From Gnetum montanum (taxonomy: Eukaryota > Plantae > Gnetophyta): a DNA stretch of 64,000 bases. Of this stretch, positions 63,364-64,000 are shown one piece after another. How positions within the stretch are numbered: the first letter of the stretch is position 1; the number at the start of each line of letters is the position of its first letter. The stretch lies in contig MNCI01001040.1 of the NCBI GenBank assembly GCA_015680685.1, forward strand, positions 468,279 to 532,278, read 5' to 3'. The notes under the pieces were generated by a model that saw nothing but the letters and a program-made list of their open reading frames with translations, made no database searches and was not told the DNA's origin. The translations under genes were made by a program, and so were the position numbers.

Positions 63364-64000
63364 CTATCCATAACCCAGATTCTAGTACCAACAGACACAA
63401 AGGGTTTGAAAAAGAAACATGAGCACATGACAAAGATGGACATTCCTATCATAATCGCAATCGAGGTCGCGACCACTGAAGAGAAGGAAGCAGGCACCGA
63501 CATGGTGACAGTTCCCCTTCTTCTTTACCTTTATCATCTTCCTCACCCTCTCCTTCAAGATCTAAACGTAGTCACAAAGAAAAAGATCATGAGGATAAGG
63601 GTAAGTGAAACAAGAGTCATAGACGAAACAGTCAAGAAAGGGGATGAGGGCACTCTAGAGAAGCACACCATGAAAGAAGGGAGAGTAGGGAACAACATAG
63701 GCATCATAGACTCCACAGACTGGATGATCACAATGAACCCCTACTCGCTACTCGAAGTATGCTAGACATAACTAAGGCCGTTAGGAGCCCAACAAGGCAC
63801 CAAAAAAATAGTAGGATCAAGAGATTAGATATGAACAACATCCCATGATTTGAAGGGGGATACAATGCTAATCCTTAAAATCATCTACAAGAATTTCATG
63901 ATGCATGTGCCTTACAAAACATAGAAAGTGAATGGAAAAAAATTAAGCTGTTCCCACGGACACTAGTCAAAGAAGCGGAGAGTTGGTACCAGCCCTTAGA

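Larger units (their letters stand above)
39633..64000 (+). mobile_element. Athila-like element Ath-B (same family as Ath-A), 5' part, interrupted by the Tat/Ogre element
   Basis: 5' LTR 39633-40477 (TGATGA...CTCATCA) is the reverse-complement homologue of the Ath-A LTRs; PBS TGGCACCATTGCCGAGGA at 40479-40496. The internal region resumes at 63364 and matches the reverse complement of ~20480-21105. Confidence 0.92.

Overview
Plant nuclear DNA from a repeat-rich genome (pervasive CpG/CHG C-to-T decay; species not determinable). It is almost entirely nested, pseudogenised LTR retrotransposons (Tat/Ogre, Athila-like, two Ty1/copia, one pol-less element) around one intact host gene, a two-exon At5g17165-type LEA-family gene at 25666-26190 (-). 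Two features stand out, both inside a ~22-kb Tat/Ogre element at 40992-63363. (1) A 4.3-kb Penelope-like retroelement (PLE, 52197-56493) with no recognisable GIY-YIG endonuclease. It has a Q-rich and RG/FG-rich low-complexity ORF1 joined to the RT ORF by an apparent -1 ribosomal frameshift signal (U_UUA_AAC, 6-nt spacer, 11-bp hairpin), a minimal hammerhead ribozyme after the RT stop, a tail of ~7.6 copies of a 23-bp repeat, and identical 45-bp flanking direct repeats. (2) A spliced antisense gene (47225-51714, five phase-consistent GT-AG introns, ~1,150 codons) between protease and RT, whose N-terminus resembles an FCP1/NIF HAD phosphatase domain. All reconstructions are by eye; no database searches were run.
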